Shown: positions 52,539 to 62,434 of the stretch, piece after piece
How the letters are laid out: every line of letters begins with the position of its first letter
How positions within the stretch are numbered: position 1 is the first letter of the stretch
From: Candidatus Latescibacterota bacterium
GTDB taxonomy: Bacteria; Latescibacterota; UBA2968; GCA-2709665
Length of the DNA stretch: 64,000 nt
Direction of reading: 5' to 3'
NCBI GenBank assembly: GCA_965203805.1
Contig: OZ241917.1
Coordinates: 3,712,001 to 3,776,000, forward strand
Translations under genes and position numbers: made by a program
The notes under the pieces: generated by a model
Databases searched by the model: none
What the model was told of the DNA's origin: nothing
What the model saw: only the letters and a program-made list of their open reading frames with translations

Positions 52539-54113
52539 TTGGAGGGAAGATGTGGAGTAGGCCATGGCCGTACAAAATACTTGGACATTTTTCGGAATAT
52601 TGGGTTTACTACCACGCGCCGAAAGGCACCGCGGTATAATGGGTCCCATGCCCTTGAGAGGAAATTAAGGGGAAAGACCAGTGTGTTCAAACCGTGCGAT
52701 AGGTATTATTTGGCGGGAGTTGAAACCGTGACCAGAAGAGCCGGACAAAGGCACCTCGAGAAAAAGGCGGTATCGTCGCCGGACCCTACCGACGAACGAG
52801 ATGTGGTAATACTTGATCGGAAGGACGACAACAGCAAGGATTGGGAAGGCAGACTCGCGGTCCTTTCGGAGGAGCGACTATTGACGCACACACAAAGTAC
52901 TTGGGAAAGGCTCTGGCGTTTCTACAGATATTGTCGTGAGGCGTCACCATGGTACACTCGACATTTACCGCGATTCGACGATGCGGCTCAGATGATGTCG
53001 CGCTGGGCAGAGGTTCCGGTGCTAACAAAGGACGATCTCAGAGTTCATGGCTATGAGTTGCTAACGAACGCAGCAGGGAGCTCAATCGAAGTCAGTACAA
53101 GCGGAAGCACAGGGGTGCCCCTGTCATCCGTATGGACTCAGGACGAGTACAACCGATGTAGTATGGAAGTTTGGAAAGCGCGCATCGCTTTAGGCGCTCG
53201 GCTAAGTCATCCGGTCGTTTATTTCCTAGGGCTTCCGATGGAAGCGCCGACAGATTCAGCTGGGAAGATATGCAAGGTCGGCAGGACATATACACTGAGT
53301 CGAGTCTTTACTAAAGAAGCTATACGTCAATACACGGAGTTTCTCAATACCTTTAGTGGTGAGGTAGTTATCCATGGCTCACCAACTACTCTATATCGGT
53401 TCACTTGCCGGATTAAGGAGGAAGGGTATCCGATGCCCAGATTTAGCTGTGTCGAATTGAATGGTGAAATGTGTGAACCACATGAACTATTGGGAATTCA
53501 AGCTAGTCTCCGATCTCCTATGCTGAACAATTACGGTGCGCGCGAGATGTGGCCGATTGGCCTCACCTGTGCATGGGGGACGATGCATGTCTGCGACAAG
53601 CTAGTTTATGTTGAGGCTCCTGATAAGGAAGTGCTGATAACTTCAATCGTCAAGCGCCGCCAGCCTCTGATTAAATACTCAATTGGTGACCTTGCTGACG
53701 TCAGTTGGGCCGAATGCAATTGCGGAAAGCGTGGGATAGTAATTACTCGGCTTGTGGGTAGGAAAAACGACTTCCTATTTAGGGAAAAGGGTGTGAAGGA
53801 GCATTGGGCGCTCCTCTGTAATGCTATCAACAGTTGCATATTGGATAACCCAAATTTAGTTAGAGAATACGGAGTTCATCAGAAGAAGAACTATGACATT
53901 GAGATCAGTATCGTCAAAGGCGAATACTTCGATCCGAGAATCTGTCAAATCCTCTCGGACCGTGCTGGAGAAGTCTATCCGAAGTTGAAGTTTACTGTTA
54001 TAGTACGGGAGGCTATCGAGACCCACCGCAGTGGAAAGAAAATCTACTTCAAGTGCGATGTTGATGAAAGTGTGTTGCCTATCCCGCAAAGTGAGATTAT
54101 CAGTGCGGTTTAG
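52539..54113 (+). CDS. Phenylacetate-CoA ligase/CapK-like adenylate-forming enzyme (true start probably downstream, e.g. GTG 52683 or 52728)
   Basis: VPVLTKDDL, STSGSTGVP, NYGARE, PLIKYSIGD, GRKND. Confidence 0.82.
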   Translation: MEGRCGVGHGRTKYLDIFRNIGFTTTRRKAPRYNGSHALERKLRGKTSVFKPCDRYYLAGVETVTRRAGQRHLEKKAVSSPDPTDERDVVILDRKDDNSKDWEGRLAVLSEERLLTHTQSTWERLWRFYRYCREASPWYTRHLPRFDDAAQMMSRWAEVPVLTKDDLRVHGYELLTNAAGSSIEVSTSGSTGVPLSSVWTQDEYNRCSMEVWKARIALGARLSHPVVYFLGLPMEAPTDSAGKICKVGRTYTLSRVFTKEAIRQYTEFLNTFSGEVVIHGSPTTLYRFTCRIKEEGYPMPRFSCVELNGEMCEPHELLGIQASLRSPMLNNYGAREMWPIGLTCAWGTMHVCDKLVYVEAPDKEVLITSIVKRRQPLIKYSIGDLADVSWAECNCGKRGIVITRLVGRKNDFLFREKGVKEHWALLCNAINSCILDNPNLVREYGVHQKKNYDIEISIVKGEYFDPRICQILSDRAGEVYPKLKFTVIVREAIETHRSGKKIYFKCDVDESVLPIPQSEIISAV

Positions 54114-54184
54114 GAAGTGGGAGGTTTGTGGCGTTGCCCCGGATTTCTTTTGCCGATGCAATAATGCGATGTTCAGCCACCTAA

Positions 54185-54430
54185 GGTGAATTATTCACGA
54201 AAACCCTGGTCTTGATGTATAACGGGTTGTTTTTCAATAGATTCTGCGAAATATGACGCGTCAGCATTTCATGAATTACGAAAGTGATGGGTCAGGGTGA
54301 TGTTTTGTAGCCCACCGAGGTAAGGATCCATCGGTTTGGCCCGGAATCGTGGGCATTTGTCCTGCTCTTGGTCTTTTTCCTGTTCATCCTGTCCATCCAT
54401 GTAAGTTCATGTTTAGTGGATTATTCAGGC
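54185..54430. mobile_element. Possible MITE with TGAATTATTCAC / GTGGATTATTCAGG ends
   Basis: Imperfect inverted ends; contains a TTCATCCTGTCCATCCATGTAA repeat related to 39194-39210; a similar CCTGAATTATTCA end lies at ~49452. Confidence 0.4.
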
Positions 54431-54562
54431 TAAACGAGTTATCGTTCGCGTTGTACCGGCCTAGAAGCAGGGGCACCGCTACTTGACAGGCTCATCATTC
54501 ACACGTGATTTTATGTTCAACCTCCTGATACCCGAGCTACGTCAATCAAGAGACTCTCCGTC

Positions 54563-55949
54563 GAGATATTGTCAAATGTTGTGGATGGCGGCGAGCGTAT
54601 CCTGATGGATCAGGCGGCGGCTTTGACGTCTCCATCCTCGAATTCGACGCCCTGGACCACGAGTTCAATGAGCTTGTGACTGTGTAATCGTTGCCAGTGT
54701 TTCTGGGCTTGGTCGGCCAGTTTGTAAACCATCATCAACGTGGCGTTTCGAGAGCCGCATCCTTTGGTCTGGCGCGTGCGGTGGCGAACGGTGCTGAAAG
54801 TGGATTCAATGGGATTGGTGGACCGGAGGTGTCGCCAGTGAGCGGCCGGGAAATCGTAAAAGGTGAACAGCACGTCCTTGTCTTTTTCCAGGCACGCACA
54901 CGCTTTGGGGTATTTGGCTTCATAAAGGGACAGAAAGTCCTCGTAAGCGGCCAGGGCATCCTCTCTGGTGGGTGAGAGATACATCTCGTGGAGGCGCCCT
55001 TTGGCCTGCGCCTGGACCGTTTTGGGGAGGTTATCCAGCACGTTGGCACTCTTGTGCACCCAGCAGCGCTGATGGCTTGTCTCGGGGAAGACTTCCTCCA
55101 GCGCGGCCCAGAAACCCAGGCCGCCATCGCCAATGGCCAGGGCAGGCGCTTCTTTCAACCCTCTTCTTTTCAGGTCCCTGAGCACACCTTCCCAGGACAG
55201 CTTGCTTTCACGATGTCCATCCTCGATCGCCAACAGTTCCTTACGGCCATCCTTCGTGGCACCGATGATGACTAAGACGCAGGGCCGGTCCGGTTCCAGT
55301 CGCACCTGGAAATAGATGCCATCGGCCCAGACATACACGTAGTGTTTATCTGAAAGATCCCGTTGTTGCCACGCTCGATATTCTTCGTCCCAGATCTGCT
55401 TGAGCCGAACGATGTTGGCCGGTGACAGCCCCACCGCATTCTCACCCAAAATCGCAGAAAGTGCCTCGGGGAAGGACGACGTCGAGACCCCCTTGAGATA
55501 CAGTGCCGGAATCAACGCATCGATAGAGGGTGCCCGACGCATATATCTCGGCAAAATGGCTGAGCTGAATGTCTTTCCCTTACGCCTGTCGTGCACACGC
55601 GGCTGCCGGATCTCAAGGTGTCCTACGCCCGTGATCAGTTCCCGTGGCTTGTGAGATCCATTCCTGACCACTTGCCGGTGACCACGTTCATCCTTCTCCG
55701 CTTGCAACCCTTCAACGTAGGCGTCCACTTCAAACTCCAACGCGGCTTGCAGCATCCGCCTGGCCCCAACACGAATCAGATCTTCCAGGCTCAACGTCAC
55801 TTCATCTTTGACTATCGTCTCAACTTCGGAGGCCGTATATTGTCTCATCGAGCGTATCCTTCCTCCCTCGTCTGAGGGATCTCGGGTTAATAGTGATACT
55901 ATAGGATACGCTCTTTTTTTACCTCATCCACAACTTTTGAATATAACTC
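54563..55949 (-). mobile_element. IS256-family insertion sequence with a perfect 9-bp target duplication
   Basis: TIRs GAGATATTGTCAAATGTTGTGGATG / CATCCACAACTTTTGAATATAACTC; CTCTCCGTC at 54554-54562 and 55950-55958. Confidence 0.93.
54610..55848 (-). CDS. IS256 transposase
   Basis: LYLKGVST, WADGI, IGDGGLGFW, QRCWVHK, STNPIES. Confidence 0.95.
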   Translation of the reverse strand: MRQYTASEVETIVKDEVTLSLEDLIRVGARRMLQAALEFEVDAYVEGLQAEKDERGHRQVVRNGSHKPRELITGVGHLEIRQPRVHDRRKGKTFSSAILPRYMRRAPSIDALIPALYLKGVSTSSFPEALSAILGENAVGLSPANIVRLKQIWDEEYRAWQQRDLSDKHYVYVWADGIYFQVRLEPDRPCVLVIIGATKDGRKELLAIEDGHRESKLSWEGVLRDLKRRGLKEAPALAIGDGGLGFWAALEEVFPETSHQRCWVHKSANVLDNLPKTVQAQAKGRLHEMYLSPTREDALAAYEDFLSLYEAKYPKACACLEKDKDVLFTFYDFPAAHWRHLRSTNPIESTFSTVRHRTRQTKGCGSRNATLMMVYKLADQAQKHWQRLHSHKLIELVVQGVEFEDGDVKAAA

Positions 55950-56179
55950 CTCTCCGTCTGCCTGCGTCCAATAGGCCTACTCAACGCAGGCAATCCAGAT
56001 CTTGCTTCGACCTCTTTTAGGTTTGTCAGCCGACCTTTGACAAGATTAACATTCAAGGAATGATAATAGTAGTCCATGAAGAGGGTGTCCGTTTCAATGC
56101 CTTCTTCCCCATTGGTGCGATGCAGGCGTTCCTTCGCCACATACCTCGTTCTTTATTCTCAAAGGGGATGTTGTCTCAT

Positions 56180-56404
56180 TAACTTTGATTCGAAAAGAGT
56201 AGGTAGTTGAACTATTCTGTGGAGAGAATAGGTAGTTGACGGCGATCTAAACGCCCCGACAAAAGCGGGGTAAATCCCGTGTGGATTGGTTTGATCTTCG
56301 GTCACATCCTGTGAAATTAACTATCATCCAATTGCAGAGTCTATCGCGTTTGTCTTACTTGGCAGATTCAATCTCTCGTCGGTGGAGTTTTAACGAATCA
56401 AGGC
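56180..56404. mobile_element. MITE family C, copy 2
   Basis: TAACTTTGATTCG...CGAATCAAGG; homologous to 40701-40893. Confidence 0.7.
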
Positions 56405-56514
56405 AAAATGCCCACAAAGCATCCTTTCCGAACTCGTTAGGAAGCGCAAATCCTTAGTTCGAAAGATCGTGTTATTTCGTCTATATTTCATCAAAGAAAT
56501 ACAAGGAGTACGCA

Positions 56515-56805
56515 GTGAGTAACGAAACAACGTCGCTAGTTGTCGAGAGGGTCAACACGATACTTGCCGCTAACAATCAAGCAGTCCTTCCAACTAACTT
56601 GGCAGGTGATGACACTCTTCTGAAGTCGGAGAAATACTCCCTCGGATTGATCGGATTGGACTCACAAGCGATTATGGAGCTGTTCTTAGTCATTGAACAA
56701 GACTTTAATGTGGATTTGGTAGACGATGATCTTTCCTATGAGGCAGTAGGCACTCTGGGCCACCTCGTTGATTATGTCGACCGAAAATTGGAGAATGTCA
56801 CATGA
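56515..56805 (+). CDS. Stand-alone acyl carrier protein
   Basis: LIGLDSQAIMELFLVIEQDFNV (GxDS site), acidic, AGGAG RBS. Confidence 0.88.
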   Translation: MSNETTSLVVERVNTILAANNQAVLPTNLAGDDTLLKSEKYSLGLIGLDSQAIMELFLVIEQDFNVDLVDDDLSYEAVGTLGHLVDYVDRKLENVT

Positions 56806-57680
56806 GAATCGGGTTAGCACAGATGCAAATAGGAGATAGTCTGACAGGAAACGCGGAAAAAGTGGTGTCCTTCATAAGAGAAGCAAGCTCGGACAAGGTT
56901 GACTTTATCGCATTTCCAGAGACTTGCTTGACCGGTTACCTTGGAATTTCACTGAACTGCCTGTCTTCTGTAAAAATGAAGAGTCTGTATAAGGCTCTCA
57001 ACGAAATACAGGATCTCTGCCGGGAATTATGCATCAGTGTCGCAACCGGTCAATATTTCAGGAGATGTGGGCGGTGGTATAACAACGCCGTAGTATTCGG
57101 AAGTGATGGGAAGTGTAAAACTAGCTACGACAAGAATCACCTTATTGACCGGGATTGTTTCGATGTAGTAGCTGGGAGAGAACCGCCTGAAGTGTTTCAA
57201 CTGCAAAAAGCTAGGGTGTCGATTGGGATTTGCCATGATATTCGGTATCCCGAGCCGTGGCGATGGGCCGCAATAAAAGGAAGCCAGATACAAGCCTGTT
57301 TGTTCTACGGTGTCCGATCCGAAAGCGATTTGCGAGATCAAGAGATATATGATGCGCATTTGTCCACACGTGCGGCAGAAAACGGCGTATTCTTGGTCGC
57401 TACCAATGTAGCGGCTAAGGAGCAAATGGTTCGATCGCAGATACGCGATCCCGAAGGCCGTCTGCTGGTCCGCGCGAACTCCTGGAAGGAAGAACTCTTA
57501 GTAAGCGACATTGAACCCGATCTAGGAGGCCAAGGTTGGGTAGAGCGGCGTCGCGGGGATCTGTATACACTAAAGCTTCAACCGAAGGAACGAGGAAGTG
57601 TGTTTGATGAGGGATTCTGGGAACGTCCGTACTATATAATTGAGCATGATCGAAGATTGATGGGGGATCAGGAAACTTGA
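56802..57680 (+). CDS. Carbon-nitrogen hydrolase (nitrilase/amidase)
   Basis: FPE, YDKNHL, ICHDIRYPE, RAAENG; ATGA overlap with the ACP gene. Confidence 0.9.
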   Translation: MRIGLAQMQIGDSLTGNAEKVVSFIREASSDKVDFIAFPETCLTGYLGISLNCLSSVKMKSLYKALNEIQDLCRELCISVATGQYFRRCGRWYNNAVVFGSDGKCKTSYDKNHLIDRDCFDVVAGREPPEVFQLQKARVSIGICHDIRYPEPWRWAAIKGSQIQACLFYGVRSESDLRDQEIYDAHLSTRAAENGVFLVATNVAAKEQMVRSQIRDPEGRLLVRANSWKEELLVSDIEPDLGGQGWVERRRGDLYTLKLQPKERGSVFDEGFWERPYYIIEHDRRLMGDQET

Positions 57681-57730
57681 ACATCCTTTCGAAGAGACGT
57701 TGATGGGATGGGATTTCTAAAGGCTCTAAA

Positions 57731-58570
57731 ATGGCACTGCATGATATTGTGGTCGGTGACTTCGGACGCCAAGGGACATTAAGGTATTTGATTGAATTCT
57801 CCAAAGCGGAAAGAGAGCTAATTTCAGCCCAATTGGAAAATGGCGAGTTTCTGGATGAGTACAGGCGCATTCGTTATACGGTGATTGGGAGACTTAGAGA
57901 GATAAAGCACAAGTTGGTTGGTCGCTGCAATGGACAGCTTGACCGTAGCGTCTTAATAGGTGTCAGACACGGTGTTTCTCCTCACGAGATTTTAACTCCA
58001 CTTCTTGCGACCGTGCTGCCGTTCATCCGTCTTGTAGCCAATTCGAAGACTGAACGGATACGGCTAATATTGCCGTGCAATACGCTGGGAAGGCTAGCAT
58101 CGACTCTACAATCGATCTTTGATGACCGCCACGATCGAAAAGAATTGGAAATGGCCATGGGCCAAAATGCAAAGGCCGACTTGGAATGGGTGTCAAGGTG
58201 GCTACGTGAAGGAGGGGATATTGAAGTTCCTGGTATACCAGAGACTGTGGTTGGAGAGCTAGCATGTCCAAGCACTCGGACGCTTTCTATTCTCGGGTCA
58301 CAAGAGAGCTTGTTTGCTTACAAACAAGCGGTTCAAAAACAACGCCTTTCGATTGCCGTTCAATCGTATCTGCCAAATGGGGTGCAAAGTTTCGAGCGAT
58401 TACTTATCGGAGTCATTAACGGCCGAATCTCCCTAAAGGGAATAGATCCGCCCGCCAAAAATGAAGTCCGCATTTGCGGATGTACCGATTTGAAAGTGCC
58501 GATTATAGCAGATTCGATCAGGATCTTTGCTAGACACCTAGTCACCCACGCGTATAAGTATCTTTCGTAA
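57731..58570 (+). CDS. Divergent Asp/Glu racemase-superfamily protein
   Basis: Two catalytic-type Cys motifs, LILPCNT and ICGCTDL. Confidence 0.6.
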   Translation: MALHDIVVGDFGRQGTLRYLIEFSKAERELISAQLENGEFLDEYRRIRYTVIGRLREIKHKLVGRCNGQLDRSVLIGVRHGVSPHEILTPLLATVLPFIRLVANSKTERIRLILPCNTLGRLASTLQSIFDDRHDRKELEMAMGQNAKADLEWVSRWLREGGDIEVPGIPETVVGELACPSTRTLSILGSQESLFAYKQAVQKQRLSIAVQSYLPNGVQSFERLLIGVINGRISLKGIDPPAKNEVRICGCTDLKVPIIADSIRIFARHLVTHAYKYLS

Positions 58571-58578
58571 GGTTCCCG

Positions 58579-61353
58579 ATGAAAATTGAGATCCCGTTAA
58601 TATTCGACAATGAGTCACATACCTGTTTAGAGGATCTGGGAGCATCGATAGTAAACTGGTACGGACGTCCATTTCAGCTTATGTATGCAGAATCGTGGGG
58701 GTTTGCTTTTGATACCGCTACCATCACTTCTCGGAAATTGCTTGGCGAGAGACTTAATCCGAACATAGGTAACCAGTGGAGTCTCCTGGAGCGACACCAG
58801 GGCATAAGGCTAGATAAACGTGAACATGAACTAGCTTTTGACAGGTACGTGTGCGACCAAGTTACAGACGGTACACCTGTTATCTTTAAACTCGCGAGTA
58901 AGTTGAATGAAAAATGCTCGTGGGGGATTGCTATCGGATTTGACAGAAAAAGGGGGAGCATTCACTATCTGACTCAGAACAGAGAATCGAGCTTCCGCCG
59001 GTCGACAAAGGCTGGTTCAATTCGACTTGATGAGTTTGCTAACAGAACAGTGTATACACTCACGCCCACGGTCCTTAGCTCCGACGAGATACTTAACGTT
59101 AATTTCCAACAGCTTGTTATTGCAGGTGTTATGCGTTCAATGTGTGGTGGAATTGAGCCGACAAGCTATCAAAGTAAACTGAAGTTTGCTGACGCGATTG
59201 AGCGTTCATTGGATATTGAAGCTGAGCTAAGAGGGTATTCTGAACTGTTTTGGCCGCCCCTCCTGTACAATCTTATGCGTGTCAGCCATGGCAGGTCACA
59301 GTTCTCGCGTTTTCTAGACTTCACTCATGAGTTGTTTCCGCTGCCTGGACTAAGGGATGGTTCGTCAGAAATCAAACGGCTAGGTCGCGAGTGGTGGTTG
59401 ATCCGTAGCCTTCTTATCAAATTGGCAATGGCGCCAAAAGATAGTAAGCTTGTTTCTCATATTGCGAATCGAATTCGGAGTTTGGCAAGTGAGGAGGCGA
59501 ATGTAGCCAAGAGGTTACAGCAGATCGACTGGATTTGCTTAGGCAAACTCGAATCTTCCAAAGCTAATTTACAGATAGCCAGTGTAGTTGCAAGGTCAAA
59601 GAACGAGCCGCCTTACCCTAATCCAAGCCACCCGCGACCCAGGTTGGCATTTTCGCCTGCTCTTCCATTGAACGGTACTGAATTTCGACTATGCGGGATT
59701 TGGGCTGAAGTGTTGGGAGTGGATGTTATTGGCACAATGGATGATTTCTTTGAACTTGGGGGCGATTCGTTATCGGCCGTACGAGTATTGGGGCGTGTAT
59801 GTGAGGAATTTGGTGTGAAGCTCTCGTTGCGGCGGCTGTTTGAGAGTCCGACGGTATCTGGGTTGGCGATTCTCATTGACGCGGAGGGTGGTTTGCAGGG
59901 AAAGGTCGGAAATTCGTCCATGATACCTCGGGCCAATAGAAGCGAGGATGCACTGCCGCTTTCGTTTGCACAGCAGCGGCTGTGGTTTTTTGATCAACTG
60001 GAGCCAGGAAATGTCTTCTATAATATACCGTCTGCGGTTCGTCTACGTGGTCCACTTTGTATGACTGCTCTTTGGTGGAGTGTAAATGAGATAATCCGGC
60101 GACATGAGTCTCTGCGCACAACCTTTGCGAGGCGTGAAGGACAGCCTATACAAGTAGTGGCAGATGAGTTACAGCTGCCGTTGAGGGTGATAGACTTACG
60201 AGGTCTTCCAGATGCAGAACAGCGCGCTCAACAATTAGCCCGCAGGGAGGCTGAGCGTGCTTTTTCACTGGAATGCGGTCCGTTGTTAAGGATCGTGTTA
60301 TTGTGGATAGGTGACGAGGATTACCTGCTGGTACGGATAACACACCACATAATCTCTGATGGTTGGTCTGAGAGTATTTTTCTTAAAGAGTTGGCTGTTT
60401 TCTACAATGGTCGTGTAAGTGGTCGGCATACAACTCTTCCAGCGCTACCCATCCAATATGTTGATTTCTCGGTTTGGCAGCGACAACAGTTGCAGGGTGA
60501 AATGCTGGCGAAACAACAAGCATATTGGAATGAGCAACTGCGAGATAGCCCACCTATTTTAAAGCTACCTATTGATCGTCCCAGACCAGAGATACAATCG
60601 TTTCGAGGTGGTGTATGCTCCCTGAAGTTACCGAAAGAGCAGACCGAAGAACTGAAGAAATTGAGCCGTCAAGAAGGGACGACATTGTTCATGACATTGC
60701 TGACGGCACTCAAGGTTTTGCTGTACAGACTCAGTGGTCAGAGCGATATCTGCGTGGGGACTCCAATTTCCAATCGCACACGCCCTGAAACAGAGGGGAT
60801 CATAGGGCTATTTCTAAACATGCTGCCCTTGCGAACACATGTGCAAGAGGATATGAGCTTTCGCGACCTGCTTAGAACGGTGCAAAAGACTTGCCTAGAT
60901 GCATTCGCAAATAAAGATATCCCATTCGAAATGTTGGTACGCGCCGTATCGGGACGGAACGGCTTAGCGATCAGTCCAATCTTCCAGGTTGTATTCCAGT
61001 TTCAAAATACGCCGAAAGCCCATAAGAGAATTGCTGGCATCGACACGTCTAAAGTGAGGATCATGGCACCAGTGGCAAAATTTGATCTCCTGCTAAACAT
61101 GTGCGAGGAAGATGACGGTGAACTGTTCGGCCTTCTGGAGTATTGCATAGATATATTCAAGCATGACAGCGCACTACGACTGATGCGGCAGCTCAAGAGG
61201 ATAATTGACTTGGTCGCGATTCGACCGGACGATACCCTATTCGATATGTACAGGAATTTCCAGCGTGAAGAGGATGAGAACACGGCAAGAAGTACGAAAA
61301 GATATGAGGAGATTTTGAGGAGTCAGTTGAGGACTCTTGTAAAGCAAGAGTAG
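58579..61353 (+). CDS. A-less NRPS protein: BtrH-like N-terminal domain, T domain, C domain
   Basis: HTCLED...LMYAESWGFAF...IGFD (BtrH_N-like); FFELGGDSL (T); LSFAQQRLWF, RHESLRT, HHIISDGWS (C); no A domain. Confidence 0.85.
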   Translation: MKIEIPLIFDNESHTCLEDLGASIVNWYGRPFQLMYAESWGFAFDTATITSRKLLGERLNPNIGNQWSLLERHQGIRLDKREHELAFDRYVCDQVTDGTPVIFKLASKLNEKCSWGIAIGFDRKRGSIHYLTQNRESSFRRSTKAGSIRLDEFANRTVYTLTPTVLSSDEILNVNFQQLVIAGVMRSMCGGIEPTSYQSKLKFADAIERSLDIEAELRGYSELFWPPLLYNLMRVSHGRSQFSRFLDFTHELFPLPGLRDGSSEIKRLGREWWLIRSLLIKLAMAPKDSKLVSHIANRIRSLASEEANVAKRLQQIDWICLGKLESSKANLQIASVVARSKNEPPYPNPSHPRPRLAFSPALPLNGTEFRLCGIWAEVLGVDVIGTMDDFFELGGDSLSAVRVLGRVCEEFGVKLSLRRLFESPTVSGLAILIDAEGGLQGKVGNSSMIPRANRSEDALPLSFAQQRLWFFDQLEPGNVFYNIPSAVRLRGPLCMTALWWSVNEIIRRHESLRTTFARREGQPIQVVADELQLPLRVIDLRGLPDAEQRAQQLARREAERAFSLECGPLLRIVLLWIGDEDYLLVRITHHIISDGWSESIFLKELAVFYNGRVSGRHTTLPALPIQYVDFSVWQRQQLQGEMLAKQQAYWNEQLRDSPPILKLPIDRPRPEIQSFRGGVCSLKLPKEQTEELKKLSRQEGTTLFMTLLTALKVLLYRLSGQSDICVGTPISNRTRPETEGIIGLFLNMLPLRTHVQEDMSFRDLLRTVQKTCLDAFANKDIPFEMLVRAVSGRNGLAISPIFQVVFQFQNTPKAHKRIAGIDTSKVRIMAPVAKFDLLLNMCEEDDGELFGLLEYCIDIFKHDSALRLMRQLKRIIDLVAIRPDDTLFDMYRNFQREEDENTARSTKRYEEILRSQLRTLVKQE

Positions 61354-61399
61354 AAGCGAAAAAGACAGAATATTGGGTTGACTTGAGGGGGAGGTTGAA

Positions 61400-62434
61400 A
61401 TGACACTTAAAGGCCCTAGTGATGTGAAACGGAATAGAATTTCGGTGTCTAGTAATGAGCTTGCGGCGATAGGCTACATTGAAAGGGAGAGCATATTACC
61501 TCTCGTTGTACGGGCAAAGTCTCCAGGAGTAGACATCACTCATTGGTACAGTGACAACGCAGTCCTCGTTCGGAACGGTTTAAGCAAATTTGGTGCCGTT
61601 CTGTTCAGAGGATTTGAGATCGAATGTTTGGGAGAATTCCAGAAGTTCGTAGCAGTCTCTTCTGGGGAACTTTTGGAGTACTACGAGCGATCTTCCCCAA
61701 GAAGAAAAATAACAGGGAAAATCTACACTTCCACCGAATATCCGGCAACCCGCCCCATCTTTCTGCATAATGAGAACTCGTACCAACATCAGTTCCCTAG
61801 CAAGATCTATTTTTTCTGTCAATCGCCCCCACAGGCAGGAGGCGAAACTCCGATAGCAGATTGTCGGAGTGTCTACAAATCAATTGATCCAGCGATTCGA
61901 GAGAAATTCATCAATAAAGGTGTAATGTATGTCCGAAATTTCTACAAGGGCTTAAATCCTTCGTGGCAGACGGTCTTTCAGACGCAAGAAAAGTTGGTTG
62001 TTGAGGCGTATTGCCACAATGCCAATATTGCGGTTGAGTGGAAGGCGGATGACAGTCTGCGAATTAGCCAGATCCGTCCCGCCGTCATCGACCATCCTCA
62101 GACCTCTGAGAAGGTATGGTTTAACCACGCGGTCTTCTTTCATGCGTCGTCCGTGGAAGTCTCAGCTCGAACGCAGCTTGGCCAGATATTGAACGAGGAG
62201 GATCTTCCAAGCAACACATTTTACGGAGATGGTTCTATTATTGAGCCATCGGTTGTATCGCGGATACGAAGCATTTACCTGCAGAATAAAGTGTCTTTCA
62301 CTTGGGAGAAGAATGACATCCTGATGCTCGATAATATTAGCGTTGCTCATGGGAGAGAGCCATTTGTTGGGCGTAGGGAGATAATGGTTGCAATGACGGA
62401 GCCTACGAAACACCTCAACGTGAAGGAGGATTAA
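61400..62434 (+). CDS. SyrP-like TauD Fe(II)/2OG beta-hydroxylase
   Basis: GAVLFRGF, YTSTEYP, LHNENSY, GGETPIAD, WFNH, DNISVAHGR. Confidence 0.9.
   Translation: MTLKGPSDVKRNRISVSSNELAAIGYIERESILPLVVRAKSPGVDITHWYSDNAVLVRNGLSKFGAVLFRGFEIECLGEFQKFVAVSSGELLEYYERSSPRRKITGKIYTSTEYPATRPIFLHNENSYQHQFPSKIYFFCQSPPQAGGETPIADCRSVYKSIDPAIREKFINKGVMYVRNFYKGLNPSWQTVFQTQEKLVVEAYCHNANIAVEWKADDSLRISQIRPAVIDHPQTSEKVWFNHAVFFHASSVEVSARTQLGQILNEEDLPSNTFYGDGSIIEPSVVSRIRSIYLQNKVSFTWEKNDILMLDNISVAHGREPFVGRREIMVAMTEPTKHLNVKED

Noticed and set aside
57677-57733. In-frame TGA (57701) upstream of the racemase-like ORF as a selenocysteine or readthrough site
   Set aside because: The extension has no redox or family motif and no evident SECIS-like hairpin.
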